DNA of 63,815 nucleotides, filler included, from Octopus bimaculoides (GCF_001194135.2; 7 parts of 7 records of this genome joined end to end with filler, not necessarily neighbours in it); one strand, 5' to 3'; shown: positions 47,210-62,137, numbered from the whole stretch's first letter. The notes: generated by a model from the sequence alone, not told the origin. Translations and numbers: made by a program.

Positions 47210-47875
47210 TACATACATACATACACACATACATACATACACACATACACATACATGTGTGTGTGCATTCATATATACGAATGAGTAGACACACGAAAGA
47301 AGGGCACTCAACACATTTATTAAGAGTTACATGTATATANNNNNNNNNNNNNNNNNNNNNNNNNNNNNNNNNNNNNNNNNNNNNNNNNNNNNNNNNNNNN
47401 NNNNNNNNNNNNNNNNNNNNNNNNNNNNNNNNNNNNNNNNNNNNNNNNNNNNNNNNNNNNNNNNNNNNNNNNNNNNNNNNNNNNNNNNNNNNNNNNNNNN
47501 NNNNNNNNNNNNNNNNNNNNNNNNNNNNNNNNNNNNNNNNNNNNNNNNNNNNNNNNNNNNNNNNNNNNNNNNNNNNNNNNNNNNNNNNNNNNNNNNNNNN
47601 NNNNNNNNNNNNNNNNNNNNNNNNNNNNNNNNNNNNNNNNNNNNNNNNNNNNNNNNNNNNNNNNNNNNNNNNNNNNNNNNNNNNNNNNNNNNNNNNNNNN
47701 NNNNNNNNNNNNNNNNNNNNNNNNNNNNNNNNNNNNNNNNNNNNNNNNNNNNNNNNNNNNNNNNNNNNNNNNNNNNNNNNNNNNNNNNNNNNNNNNNNNN
47801 NNNNNNNNNNNNNNTGGTCATCTTTGTTGGATCATTTGCCTACGCAGCTATAAGAAAGTTGAGTCGGGGTGATGA

Positions 47876-47909
<34 letters not shown>

Positions 47910-48728
47910 GTCAAATGTGGTGGTTGTGGCGGCGGTGGTGGTTGTGGTGGTGGTGTCGGTGGTCGGTAGTTTGTTTACATTATCGTCGTTTTATTTCTGT
48001 GGCAGCTTTTTGGTTGGTTTTGGATGTCCTCAGAAAATCGACTGAAATCGCAGGAGTTAGAATAACAATCTCTATATCTGTGACAGCTATTTTGGGACGA
48101 AAAATGGACGCCAGTTGTGGAAGCTGGTTTTTAAGTCTGGATAAACTTCGTCAAAATAATATTTGTAACAGCATCAAATGGTCGCAGGATTATTTTTCGG
48201 TTTCTTTTTATAGCATTGAAATAAATCACCTTATGTATGTATGTATGTATGTATGTATGTATGTATGTATGTACGTACGTACGTATGTATGTAAGTAAAA
48301 ACAAAATCTGAAAATATTGAGGGGAGGGGCAGTAATTTAAGAGTGTTTTGTGAGAGGGAACTGTGGGCAAAGTTTCTAGTAAATAATGGGTTAATTTTGA
48401 AGTAGATACCAAATATAGGTTGGTCATTAATTGTATAGACAATTCTCAGGCACTGCAAGACAATGAAGAACAAGGTTGAGAAGGTAACTACAGAAAACTT
48501 GAAAAGCATTTATCATTTAAAATCCTTTTGACATACATCAAGCTTCGACATCCTGATAAGTCATTCGTAAGAGTGAGAATCGTGTACTTGATAAGAGCAC
48601 AAACTGTTGTCACTGACAAAAATAAAACACATCCTCTACACTATTTCATATTCAACTAATTTTAATCAATTTAGATTTCAGAATTGTGCCCCTTGCATTT
48701 CTTGACCATTATTAATAACCAAATGCTT

Positions 48729-49028
48729 TCTCTTCGTTGCTGGTGAAATTTTAATTAATTACAGTTCACCACATTACGTCAGTTATCACTCATTTTAATA
48801 ATCGTTGTAAACAAATTTATATTCAATCTTAATTAATTTCAATAAATTTAAATACAGGATTTTCTCCCTTGCATTTTTTTATCAGATTTAATTTTTAAAC
48901 AAATGAACTTTTCTCCTCATTACGAGTGAAATTTTAATTACAGTCGACCACTTTACGTTGGTTATTATCCATTCGAATAATCGCTGTACAGCACTTTATT
49001 TAATATTTAATTAATTTTAATCAATTTA
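48729..49028. repeat. Diverged ~182-bp tandem repeat running into a large gap
   Basis: TTCTC.TC.TT.C..GTGAAATTTTAATT...CCAC.TTACGT...AATAATCG.TGTA at 48729 and 48911. Confidence 0.6.
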
Positions 49029-49977
49029 NNNNNNNNNNNNNNNNNNNNNNNNNNNNNNNNNNNNNNNNNNNNNNNNNNNNNNNNNNNNNNNNNNNNNNNN
49101 NNNNNNNNNNNNNNNNNNNNNNNNNNNNNNNNNNNNNNNNNNNNNNNNNNNNNNNNNNNNNNNNNNNNNNNNNNNNNNNNNNNNNNNNNNNNNNNNNNNN
49201 NNNNNNNNNNNNNNNNNNNNNNNNNNNNNNNNNNNNNNNNNNNNNNNNNNNNNNNNNNNNNNNNNNNNNNNNNNNNNNNNNNNNNNNNNNNNNNNNNNNN
49301 NNNNNNNNNNNNNNNNNNNNNNNNNNNNNNNNNNNNNNNNNNNNNNNNNNNNNNNNNNNNNNNNNNNNNNNNNNNNNNNNNNNNNNNNNNNNNNNNNNNN
49401 NNNNNNNNNNNNNNNNNNNNNNNNNNNNNNNNNNNNNNNNNNNNNNNNNNNNNNNNNNNNNNNNNNNNNNNNNNNNNNNNNNNNNNNNNNNNNNNNNNNN
49501 NNNNNNNNNNNNNNNNNNNNNNNNNNNNNNNNNNNNNNNNNNNNNNNNNNNNNNNNNNNNNNNNNNNNNNNNNNNNNNNNNNNNNNNNNNNNNNNNNNNN
49601 NNNNNNNNNNNNNNNNNNNNNNNNNNNNNNNNNNNNNNNNNNNNNNNNNNNNNNNNNNNNNNNNNNNNNNNNNNNNNNNNNNNNNNNNNNNNNNNNNNNN
49701 NNNNNNNNNNNNNNNNNNNNNNNNNNNNNNNNNNNNNNNNNNNNNNNNNNNNNNNNNNNNNNNNNNNNNNNNNNNNNNNNNNNNNNNNNNNNNNNNNNNN
49801 NNNNNNNNNNNNNNNNNNNNNNNNNNNNNNNNNNNNNNNNNNNNNNNNNNNNNNNNNNNNNNNNNNNNNNNNNNNNNNNNNNNNNNNNNNNNNNNNNNNN
49901 NNNNNNNNNNNNNNNNNNNNNNNNNNNNNNNNNNNNNNNNNNNNNNNNNNNNNNNNNNNNNNNNNNNNNNNNNNNNN

Positions 49978-50230
49978 CGATAAATTAAGTACCAGTTGTG
50001 TACTGGTTCGATCGAATCGACTGGCCCCCTCCCCCTAAAAAATTTCGGGTCTTGTGCTTAGAGTAGAAAAGATTATAGAAGCTGGGCTTAAGGTGGCGAG
50101 CAGGTTGAATCGTTAGAGCGCCGGAAGAAGAAAAAAATCAATGCTTTACGCCATTCGTCTCGGCTCTTCATGTTCTGAGTTCAAATCCTGCTCAGGTCTA
50201 CTTTGCTTTTCATCCCTTCATTTCGTCTGG
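49978..50230 (+). mobile_element. Two adjacent family A SINE pieces
   Basis: 3' half at 49978-50075, followed by a new head AAGGTGGCGAGCAGG at about 50090. Confidence 0.75.
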
Positions 50231-51794
50231 CGTGCAACGTGTGTGTGTGTGTGTGTGTGTGTGTACGTACGTACGTAAATGTATACGTATATATGCATAT
50301 GTATATGTACGTACGTATGTATACATATGTATTTTGGTGTGTGTACGAGGGTGTCTCCCTATATTAATAATCCATGACTTACACACACATTACTCAAAGT
50401 TTCACAGACATAAAAGCTTATTTATGAGCGTCCACAGTTTAGGGACAACCGAGAATTACCCTTAAAACGGTAATGACGGCTCAAAAGAATCCATATTTAT
50501 TTGAATAAATGGAGATCTAATTCGTTTGAACAATATGTGTAAATATCCGAAATAACTAAATGGACAATACAGTCACTAGAATTAATTATTTGCACAAGAA
50601 TACAATAGTCTTGGTAGAATATGAACAAATGAGTCATTATGTTACGATCTTCAACGAATGGCGTCATTAAAGAACATGTTCGCGCACGTTTTCAGTGCTT
50701 CTGTAAAGTGAGGTACTCATATTAGGCTGTCTGTGAACATGAACGTCTCGTCCCTCGCAAATGGCTGTTTTAAAATAGCTGTCTTATTACCTTTACTATA
50801 AAATTGAATGCGGAAGTAAACCAATAAATTTAAACAAAATATCACATTGTTTGGCCCTCTCGATTTGAAACTGTGGGGAGATTATGATATTTCCTCTAAA
50901 TTGAATACATTTCAATGAAAACTCTTTCTACAACTACAGCAACCGAAGAATTTTATTGATTTTATTTATTTTTTTAAAGTATCCAATATAAAAAAAAAAA
51001 GAAAAAGAAAATGTTTGCTCTCTCAGAAGTCATTACACCAACGTAAAGCGTGGATTGTGATTCATTCTGACAATCAGAAAAATAAACGAAAAATAAAGAA
51101 ACAAAACAATTGTTGAATTAGAGGAGTATTTCTCAAGTATTTTCCATTGAATTTTATTCAACGAGAGGCGAGGCAATCGGAACACCGGAATANNNNNNNN
51201 NNNNNNNNNNNNNNNNNNNNNNNNNNNNNNNNNNNNNNNNNNNNNNNNNNNNNNNNNNNNNNNNNNNNNNNNNNNNNNNNNNNNNNNNNNNNNNNNNNNN
51301 NNNNNNNNNNNNNNNNNNNNNNNNNNNNNNNNNNNNNNNNNNNNNNNNNNNNNNNNNNNNNNNNNNNNNNNNNNNNNNNNNNNNNNNNNNNNNNNNNNNN
51401 NNNNNNNNNNNNNNNNNNNNNNNNNNNNNNNNNNNNNNNNNNNNNNNNNNNNNNNNNNNNNNNNNNNNNNNNNNNNNNNNNNNNNNNNNNNNNNNNNNNN
51501 NNNNNNNNNNNNNNNNNNNNNNNNNNNNNNNNNNNNNNNNNNNNNNNNNNNNNNNNNNNNNNNNNNNNNNNNNNNNNNNNNNNNNNNNNNNNNCTACGAC
51601 TAACATCCGCGTTATCCAAAGTTTTACAGACATAAACGGAAGCGCGATCTCTCAAATTCCTTCATTTGAAGTTGTAAGACAGCCACGAATCCTAAAAATA
51701 GGGAGATTGTCTTTGGAGGATCTACAAGAATCTGTTCCTTTGAGCCAGACCATGTTGTAACTTTATTCAGCTGTGTGTATACATGTGTGCATGC

Positions 51795-51844
<50 letters not shown>

Positions 51845-52553
51845 GACAGGCTTCTTCCAATTTCCATCTACCGAAATCTGAACCTTTGAAAGCGGTGGTC
51901 CGCATGGCAGCAATCCGTTGGCTTAAAGCAGTTAAAATATATTCTCACAATGTTGCGAATTTTTCACTAACACAACACTCAAAGTTGAGGGGAGGTCAAG
52001 TTTAAGAGACATCACTCAACCTTTTCCTACTTGAGGCTAACCTCAAAACCGTTCGGATAGCCAACCTTGAATTAGAAAGAAAGGGCCTGGTTGGGTTTAG
52101 GAAAAACCCAATTGTAATTGAAGTTTTATATCAGTCAAGTATAATCTCCGTTTGAAGAAGCATTTCAAGTGCCTTTGTTTTCTTTCTTTATTATACAACA
52201 AAAAACACAGTGTGTGTGTGGGGGGGGGTTACATACGCAAACACACGCGAATATATAATAACATAGTGGATTACGCAGTCACACACACACACACACGCAT
52301 GTACAACAGCATACACGTACATTCATACATGCAGACACTAGTGGATTACACACATACACACACTCATAGATATACACGTGCATACACATACATACATGCA
52401 CACGCGTACATACACACACATATATATAGACACATACATATACACATATACTGAAATACTGATGCACTACGTACACACGTATTTACAGACACACACACAC
52501 ACAAAACATAGTGAATGACACTTACACAAACACATATTAACACAGTGAAGGAC

Positions 52554-52600
<47 letters not shown>

Positions 52601-52922
52601 CACACTTATGTCGATACTAACTTTAACTTCCATCCTTTCGAGGTCGATAAAATAAAGTACCAGTCAAGTACTGGGGACGATGTTACTGACTAACCTCCCC
52701 GCCCACCACTCCAAGTTGCTGGCCTCGTGTCAAACTAAGAAAGAGTTATTATTCACGCATACTAAACTGCCAACCGTTTTTTATAAAGTTACCTGACTAT
52801 TGGTTCGCTTTGAACAGAGGCCNNNNNNNNNNNNNNNNNNNNNNNNNNNNNNNNNNNNNNNNNNNNTTAATTAATTAANNNNNNNNNNNNNNNNNNNNNN
52901 NNNNNNNNNNNNNNNNNNNNNN

Positions 52923-52967
<45 letters not shown>

Positions 52968-52974
52968 CACACAT

Positions 52975-53010
<36 letters not shown>

Positions 53011-54149
53011 ATATATATAAGACATTGATGCCCTATTATTTTGAAATGCTGAACATCTTTACAGAAAGTGGAAAGTGTGAGTTATATTTGAAGAACTGTC
53101 AAATAATGGCAGAATAGATCATTAATTAGATCCTTTATTTTGTATAGTTTTTGAAAACTGTCAATCTTCATGAACCAGCTCATTTTAAATGTTTTTGTTT
53201 TCGCTGTTGATTGTTCCCAGTTGCATGTGGGATATGTATACAACATGAATATTAGTGCTAAGGGAAGTAATTATTTTATTTCATGAATTGCACCTCTGAC
53301 ATAAACATTTTCATTGTACGAATCATTTTTTCACCTGCTCTGAAAAGTGTATGACGTGAAAATTTAATTTTAAAACATGCTACGTATATAATATGCTAAC
53401 AAAATATGTTTGGCTACATATCCGGTCTTCCGCTTCGTGTCAAAAGTTGTTCCTCTCTTAAGGTTCATATCATCAGAATATCTAGCCATAATTTATAATT
53501 TACGCTTCGACTGTAATTTGAATCAATGAAGACAGAATACGATATAACCAGCGGCTGACGCCTCTGAATTTCAATATATTAAAGTAAACGGATTCAAGAT
53601 CGTTATTTCTTCTTCAAAGCTAGAGATTTTCGTGAGGTTTTAAAAGAAAATTTTGGCCATATATTCTAAATTTGGAGACGACTTTATTATATAACTTAGA
53701 TCAAAGCTGAAGAGTTCATGACAACAGGAACTGCATACTTTTGCATTCTATCATACTCTTGAGGTCGATAAAGTAATTTAAAGTGTCTTCATAGAAACCC
53801 ATTCAGTAAGATTTACTAATTCCACACACATTTCTGGCAATAACGCAATATTGAATTTAAGCAAATAGAAACCATACGATCAAGAGAATTATTTTGCCTT
53901 GTTCCGTTATGTAAAACACAAGGCAAGAAACATAAAATAGAAATGAATTGCTATAACAATAAATTATTTAAAAATACTAAATAACTGGTACTAACTATCT
54001 AGAAAATATAATCATTTTAAGTGCATTTTTCTGTAGAAATAATGCATTAAAATGTATTCACAAGGCTGTCCAATGTATTTTGTGTGAATTTCGAAGACAA
54101 ACAATATACAAGTCCGTCATAGTATAACGTTTATATTCTTTTACATTTT

Positions 54150-54560
54150 ACTTATTTACACCATAGGACTGCGGTCGTGCTGGTGCACCAACTTGAAGGG
54201 ATTACTCGAAAAATCGACTCTAGCACATTTTCTTTCTTTCTTTTTTTCATTTTAGACTTCGGTACATATTGTTTCGATTTCTTTGCCGAACTGCTAATTT
54301 ACAGAAACATAAACAAATCAATACAGGTCGCGGTGGCGAAACACAAAAATGCACACGCACGAATGCGCGAGCGCACATTCACGCAAAGACACACACACTC
54401 ACACACACATCTGGACGACGGGTTACTCACAGTTTCCCTCTACTAAATTCACTCACAAGGTATTGCTCGTTCTGAGGCTTTAGTAGAAGATATTTAACCA
54501 AGATGACGCGCAGTGAGACAGAAACCAAATACATGTTGTAGTTAAATGACCTTCTTCACC
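54150..54560 (-). mobile_element. SINE family B copy, degraded
   Basis: GACTGCGGTCGTGCTGGTGCACC 3' end; ACTCACAAGG...TAGTAGAAGATATTT core. Confidence 0.65.
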
Positions 54561-54884
54561 CCACACTCATACATATATCTATGTATGTATCTATTCATAT
54601 ATGCAAGTATGCATACACGTATCAAGAACTATAAGAAAATACTCATTGCAGACAGGAAGATCAAACGTAACTCTCTCTCTCCCTCCATCATTCTCTCTTT
54701 CTCTATATCAGTCTGTCTGTCTGTCTGTCTCTCTCTCTCCCTCTCTCTATCTCTCTCTCTCTCTCACTATATATATATATATATATATATNNNNNNNNNN
54801 NNNNNNNNNNNNNNNNNNNNNNNNNNNNNNNNNNNNNNNNNNNNNNNNNNNNNNNNNNNNNNNNNNNNNNNNNNNNTATATATA

Positions 54885-54925
<41 letters not shown>

Positions 54926-55814
54926 GTATAATGTTGGATGTGTGAATACAGTAGGACGGGAAAGCAGAATTATACGGATTAAATAAGAGGGACAAATAGA
55001 CAAAGGGAAGGCTTTCCTTGAAAGTTTAGAAATAAAGTAGATTAGAAATTGTGAGACAAATTACTAAATTTCGGGGAAATTCAAAATAGACTGCACAAGA
55101 AAAATAATAATATTGCTACAATATGAAATGTTCGTCTTCCTTATAAAATGGGATATGGCCTAGATCTTACATTAAAAAAAATATAATAGCAAAATTAGTC
55201 AAACGTTCTTCTACAATGTGTATCATAACATCCCGTTAGATATTCCATGGAAAAATAACAATGCTATAAGTATCCTGACATCATATATAATTACATCTGA
55301 GAAAGATTGGAATGATTTCAAAACACAGACTTTGATAAGCTACCTGCAAATTTGAAACGAGATGATCAGAAGAAAAGAAATCAGAAATAATTAGTTTTGA
55401 ATAACAATGACAGTTTATAGAGAATTATGCAATTTGGTAACCAACCCTTGACAGAACAGGCAAGACAATTTTCGTGAGACATAAGTTGTTATATTAGAGA
55501 AAGAGTACATTGATGTGGAGAAGGGTATTTCAATTCACTTTAAGATATGACTAGATTCAACATTCAGTGCATTGTGAGTCAACATGCTATTTCTACAATA
55601 CTTGTGACGAAGGCATCACACATCAGTCTAACCTTTGCAAATAACGGCGGCTTGGAATATATCATCTTCAGTATGCAACGAGAGAACCTTTCATAAAATA
55701 TTACAGAAAGTAGAAGTAATCATAATTGTATTTTCAAACAACACTGTTAATCATGCGGCGTCATGCACTATGACCACTCCATCTGCACATCTGGTCACTG
55801 TCTTTCAAATACAT

Positions 55815-57295
55815 TAGTTCGTTTTTCCAACTGGACATGCTATATCTATGATCCAGCATAGTTAGAGGACTTTCTCATTTAAGACTATCTCTGACTTCCT
55901 ATTCTCTATCACATGGTCGGACTGAATCATAAAATCCCATAGGAACTTTGCATTTCTTTTTTTTTTGACAATGCCTTCAGGTTTGTGGTCGTACCAGTTT
56001 CTCGTTCTGTCAAGTCCATACTTGTAGCAAAGTTCCCAATAGACAAGCCTGGCAATATTGTTGTAACGCCTCTCATATTCCTTCTGGGCTAGTGGCGTAC
56101 ATTGGGTGGTAATATGCCATACGGTTTCACCGTTTGGTCCACAGATTCTGCACGTATTACTTTCTTCTGTGTTGTCTATTCTGAATTTTATGTAGTTTGT
56201 TCCTAGTGCTTGCTTTTGGGCAGCACAGATTAGAGCCTCCGTTTCCGGTTTTAAATGACTTTAATCATCCACAACCATTTTTTTCCCTCTGTATGTCTTA
56301 TCTTATACTTCTCTATGAAATTATCCATGCATTAATTTCTTTACTCACCTATTTTCAGTTTCATTCGTTTTCAATTTCTTCTATAGTGCTTTATATTTGC
56401 AATCTTTCATCCTACATAAGCCTGACCTTCTTACTTCTAATAATAGCGGTTCTGTGGCATGCCATGTTGTTTTCTTCTGCTCTAATGCTCTGGTCGCATC
56501 CAGTATGTCCTCTTTCCCCTCTTTTTCTTGGTACATATAGTCTGTCTGTGTCACTTCTTGGGTGGAGTGACCCATTTCTAGTTAGCAACTTCCTTGTTTT
56601 TTCTGCCTAAGCTGTTCAGTTCGGGTACTGTCCATGCGATTAACCCTGCTCCATATCTAAGAATTGAAATCGCCCATGTATTGATAGCTTCGATCATATT
56701 CTGTCCATTTAATGTCGTCTTGAGGATCAGTATCAGTGTGCGCAAGTACTCCACTTTAAAATTTTCTGTCATTTCTCTCTCCATCAATTTATCCATTTCC
56801 CAAATCCGGAAATACTTTTAGCACGTCTCTTCTATCTACTTTATAACCTTCCCTAACGTTCTCGTTAGCCTGTCCATACATTTGATTTTTCCTCCCTTCA
56901 AAACTAACACACCACAGTTTCTCAGTCCCGTTTCAACGAGGGAACTGACTTGGGCTTCATCTTTACAATAGAGTTTGAATACATAACCAACTTATGCTTT
57001 CCTCAGAATCAGTGTTAATGTCACCAAGCATAGTACAATGATCAGTGGGGACAAGCAGTCTCCTTGGAAGATGTCCCTCCTAATTTCAACTGTCCCTAAA
57101 CTTCTTCCTTATGCTGTCAGATCCGTCCTCCAATTCGCCATACTTCTTCCAAGCAATCGCTCAACATTCGATGCAATACCGAATAAGTTCATACACTCCC
57201 TAATCCAAGAATGTGGGATCATGTACTCCTTAGGATAGTCGATCCTTGACATAGCTAAGTTACTCTTCCTTCTCTCGCAGTCTCTAATAACAGAT
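55815..57295 (-). mobile_element. R4/Dong-like LINE, 5'-truncated pseudogene (RT, CCHC finger, RLE)
   Basis: Minus strand: IFQGDCLSPL, LNGQNMIEAINTWAISILRYGAG, CRICGPNGETVWHITTQC, LWDFMIQSDH, IIDIACP; 5' end abuts (TAA)n at 57296-57316. Confidence 0.9.
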
Positions 57296-57878
57296 ATTAT
57301 TATTATTATTATTATAATAATATTTTTTTAAAATTTTTATTATTATGAATATTATTAATGTTGCTGTTGCTGTTATGAATTTGTCTCTCTATTATGCACA
57401 ATTTACGTCACTAAAATCTGATGAGTATATTTTGACGTTTGTGGGAATTGTCTGCGGTGCATGGAAGTTTCACCGTGATATAGAATTGCCTTCCATTATT
57501 ATCGCATTTCATCGGAGTTGTGTTGGTTTCAGTTTGAAAGTTTTGCATACAAATAAGCCAGCGAATATATATTGTTCCTAGGCCCTGCACTAGTATTTTA
57601 TATAGTACTTTCAATAAAATACAGAAGGGCAAACTAAAACATTATATTCCAATGTTACGCGCATTCAGTCATCCAATGAAAGGAAGCAAATAAACATGGC
57701 CTTTACACACACGCGCGCGCGAGCAATAACATTTATTATAAAAGAAATAAGTAGAAAACAACACATATATAACCTGTCGAATATGTGCATATTAAATCGT
57801 AGAATATCATGGATATGACTGAAAGAAGAATATTGAATGACTAATATAGATTTTTCAGGCTTAAAATCCATTGCGGAA

Positions 57879-57915
<37 letters not shown>

Positions 57916-58802
57916 AACTTCTCAACCAAATGATAAAGAAATTAGAAAGATGATTTCAGAAGCTTACTCTTAAATTTTAACATCCCAATTCTGAGAGAAA
58001 AGAAAAAAAGCGAAAAGAAAATGACCGAGTACTAATTTAGAATACCTATAAATTAATGATATTGGATACTGATGAAAGAAACGATTTTCTGTACAATGAG
58101 TACAATGTACAATCTGTCAGTAAACCACAAATTAGAAATTAACTGTTTTGAAAACGATACAATTAAAATCGATAAAATTTATAAAGTAATGTTATAAAAG
58201 TAAACTAATTAAAAACTGAGAACTTAGAAGTACTAAAGAAAAATTTGTAAGAACATATTAGAAATTACCTTTAATATATATCACTCATACTAAAGAAGGA
58301 AGCCATAATGAGAGCCAAGAATGGTTAATGATATAAAAAATAAAAATGAAAACCTAACGTAATATCTTAGTTGCACTAACTCAATATTATCAAATGGCAA
58401 AACAACAACATCAATAATGTTACTTCACACTACACTCAGAAATAATTGGACACATCACTTAAGGACACATTTGAACAGTTGCAAAATAATAATTACTCTG
58501 TGAGCTAACCAATATCCTTTCTTCATAAATGGATGAGGATTTCATTGAGAGAGAAGCAACGTAATATTCAGTATCGTTCGTTATATACATAATAAATTCA
58601 ATGTTAATCTTCTATTCTGCGAATCTCACATTCAACTTGTCGCAGCGTTATTAGCATGTCTCACAAATTTCATCTGAAATTCGAATGATATCTTGAAATT
58701 CTCGCACACATGCGTACATGTATGTATGCAAAGGTATATAAATACACGCGTGCATACAAGAACGCTATCAGATAAAACATATGCATACACACACACCTAT
58801 GT

Positions 58803-58850
<48 letters not shown>

Positions 58851-59423
58851 GTATGTATGAATGTATATATCTATGTGTACAATAATACAAACAATACTAC
58901 TTTGCGTGATGTATTAATTGAAATATCTGTTGTAGTACTCACACTGAAATGTAGCAATCAATTTTAGAAACATATTGTTTGTAAAAATACAATAAAGTCA
59001 AAAGGAACAAGAGAGAGAACAATGGACAGAGAGAGAAAAGATAGGTATATTCTTCGATAGAGAGTTGTATGTAAAATATTTAATGAGAAAAGTGTTTGTT
59101 AAAATATATATTCAATTATGAAACTTGAGAATATTAAATTTAGATGAACATATATGATGGGTGTGTACTATGATGATAAGAAGACAAAACCGGAATTGAA
59201 AGCAAGTGGTGGATTGCTCTGATGTAAAGGATTCTTTTACATCACATACAATTCTTCAGTGTATCTAGTTTATTTTGTGCAATATGTAGAAGAGTTGATT
59301 GACAGTAGGTTGCATTTTAGTATTTAGCTACAAGTTTTCAGGTTCTGATTTTAGCTCGAATCACTTTCATACGATAAAATTATATAGTGAAATAAATGTA
59401 GGCTATGCAAATTAGACAGATGA

Positions 59424-59475
<52 letters not shown>

Positions 59476-59476
<1 letters not shown>

Positions 59477-59740
59477 GGTCTACAAACAAACACTTTCCTC
59501 TCTGGTCAGTCCCTCGTCAACTTTTTCAAGTACCACTTGAACAGGAGGATGAGGATAGAGAGGAAAGTGTTGTCGAATGAAAGTTTCAATAAAAAATGGG
59601 TAAATGTGGCAAGAATGGTAAGAATGAAAGACGACACCATTTTAAGCATAGACTTGTAACAAAAAGAGACAAAAAGAGAGAAGGTGCTTACTTTCATGTA
59701 TTTTTACAAAAAGAAGCCTGAGGTGACCGTGGTCTTTTNN
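59476..59740 (+). mobile_element. Second Tx1/L1-like LINE 3' fragment (different subfamily)
   Basis: SGQSLVNFFKYHLNRRMRIERKVLSNESFNKKW aligns with SGPGLLTYFKYHLKSKIGLEKRALSARVYEQRW of the 5.9 kb copy; begins right after (TCTA)n. Confidence 0.7.
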
Positions 59741-60584
59741 NNNNNNNNNNNNNNNNNNNNNNNNNNNNNNNNNNNNNNNNNNNNNNNNNNNNNNNNNNNN
59801 NNNNNNNNNNNNNNNNNNNNNNNNNNNNNNNNNNNNNNNNNNNNNNNNNNNNNNNNNNNNNNNNNNNNNNNNNNNNNNNNNNNNNNNNNNNNNNNNNNNN
59901 NNNNNNNNNNNNNNNNNNNNNNNNNNNNNNNNNNNNNNNNNNNNNNNNNNNNNNNNNNNNNNNNNNNNNNNNNNNNNNNNNNNNNNNNNNNNNNNNNNNN
60001 NNNNNNNNNNNNNNNNNNNNNNNNNNNNNNNNNNNNNNNNNNNNNNNNNNNNNNNNNNNNNNNNNNNNNNNNNNNNNNNNNNNNNNNNNNNNNNNNNNNN
60101 NNNNNNNNNNNNNNNNNNNNNNNNNNNNNNNNNNNNNNNNNNNNNNNNNNNNNNNNNNNNNNNNNNNNNNNNNNNNNNNNNNNNNNNNNNNNNNNNNNNN
60201 NNNNNNNNNNNNNNNNNNNNNNNNNNNNNNNNNNNNNNNNNNNNNNNNNNNNNNNNNNNNNNNNNNNNNNNNATATATATATGTATATATATTAAATACA
60301 CGAAATATAAAAAAAACTTATATATGTATACATATAAAAATGTCTTAATTATACCGAGTACAAATGATACAGAGAGATTAAAGAGGTGAAGGAAAAGAAT
60401 TACAAATCCAACAGGTATTGCTGGGGGCTCGGCGGTCCAGAATAATACTTGTAGATTGATTCCATTGTAAGATGAGACAAGCCTCTGTCTTCAGGGAAAA
60501 GATCTTTCATTTCAGATGTTAAACGTGAGAAGTTAAAAATGTCATTAATGTGATTGACTGAGAAGTTAAAAGATGTATATAGTG

Positions 60585-60770
60585 ATTGACTGTGGCCATG
60601 ATAGAGTACAGCTTTAAAAGGTGCTTTAGTCGAAGAAAATTGATTCGAGGATTTATTCTTTGTAAGCTTAGTACTTATTCCTTCGGTTTCTTTTGCCAAA
60701 CTGCTAAGTTACGGGAACGTAAACCCACCAGAATCGGTTGTCAAGCGATGATGTTTGGGACAGACATAGA
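60585..60770 (-). mobile_element. SINE family B 3' part
   Basis: GACTGTGGCCATGATAGAGTACAGC...GTACTTATT...GGTTGTCAAGCGATG. Confidence 0.75.
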
Positions 60771-60972
60771 CACATATAAATATATACATATATATATACA
60801 TATATATGTACACACACATACATATACACACACATATACACACACACAGATACACACACAGAGAGATACACACGCACACACACACACACACACAACCCCA
60901 CACACACACACACACACACACAAACATATATACATATTCTTTATTTTCTCTCTTTGTTTCTTTCTGTGTTCC

Positions 60973-61007
60973 CTTCTGTGGAAGCGCGTAGGCTCGAAAT
61001 GTTAAAG
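60973..61007 (+). ncRNA. Degenerate Penelope-type hammerhead remnant
   Basis: CTT CTGTGGA A GCGC GTAG GCTC GAAA TGTTA AAG; same layout as 42592-42626 but core and helix II are mutated. Confidence 0.3.
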
Positions 61008-61722
61008 AGTTTTTCACTTCCCGAGTGTTAAACTAATACATCTGTTTCTTGTCTACACCACCTGCCTTCGTCTTTGGTTTTTTGGGGGAGAATTCTCTCT
61101 CTCTCTCTCTCTCTCTCTNNNNNNNNNNNNNNNNNNNNNNNNNNNNNNNNNNNNNNNNNNNNNNNNNNNNNNNNNNNNNNNNNNNNNNNNNNNNNNNNNN
61201 NNNNNNNNNNNNNNNNNNNNNNNNNNNNNNNNNNNNNNNNNNNNNNNNNNNNNNNNNNNNNNNNNNNNNNNNNNNNNNNNNNNNNNNNNNNNNNNNNNNN
61301 NNNNNNNNNNNNNNNNNNNNNNNNNNNNNNNNNNNNNNNNNNNNNNNNNNNNNNNNNNNNNNNNNNNNNNNNNNNNNNNNNNNNNNNNNNNNNNNNNNNN
61401 NNNNNNNNNNNNNNNNNNNNNNNNNNNNNNNNNNNNNNNNNNNNNNNNNNNNNNNNNNNNNNNNNNNNNNNNNNNNNNNNNNNNNNNNNNNNNNNNNNNN
61501 NNNNNNNNNNNNNNNNNNNNNNNNNNNNNNNNNNNNNNNNNNNNNNNNNNNNNNNNNNNNNNNNNNNNNNNNNNNNNNNNNNNNNNNNNNNNNNNNNNNN
61601 NNNNNNNNNNNNNNNNNNNNNNNNNNNNNNNNNNNNNNNNNNNNNNNNNNNNNNNNNNNNNNNNNNNNNNNNNNNNNNNNNNNNNNNNNNNNNNNNNNNN
61701 NNNNNNNNNNNNNNNNNNNNNN

Positions 61723-61778
<56 letters not shown>

Positions 61779-61784
61779 GGGTGG

Positions 61785-61815
<31 letters not shown>

Positions 61816-62099
61816 GGTGCCTGTGTGTCAGTGTGCGTATGCATGTATATGTATGTATGTTCGTATGTATGCATGTATGTCCGAGCAGAGAAAACTGTAA
61901 TATTCTTGGAATAAAGAGGATGTTTACATTTCTAAATTATCATGGAGAAAGTTACTAAAAATTTTGAAGTTGGTCGTTTATGTGTTCGAAAACTGTTGGT
62001 ATGTATGTAAGTTTCTTAACTTATTTGAGGGAAATACTCATAAAATTTTACATATTCCAATCTTTGAGAGTTATTTTTCATTTGTCCTGCTGGGTTGTG

Positions 62100-62102
<3 letters not shown>

Positions 62103-62137
<35 letters not shown>

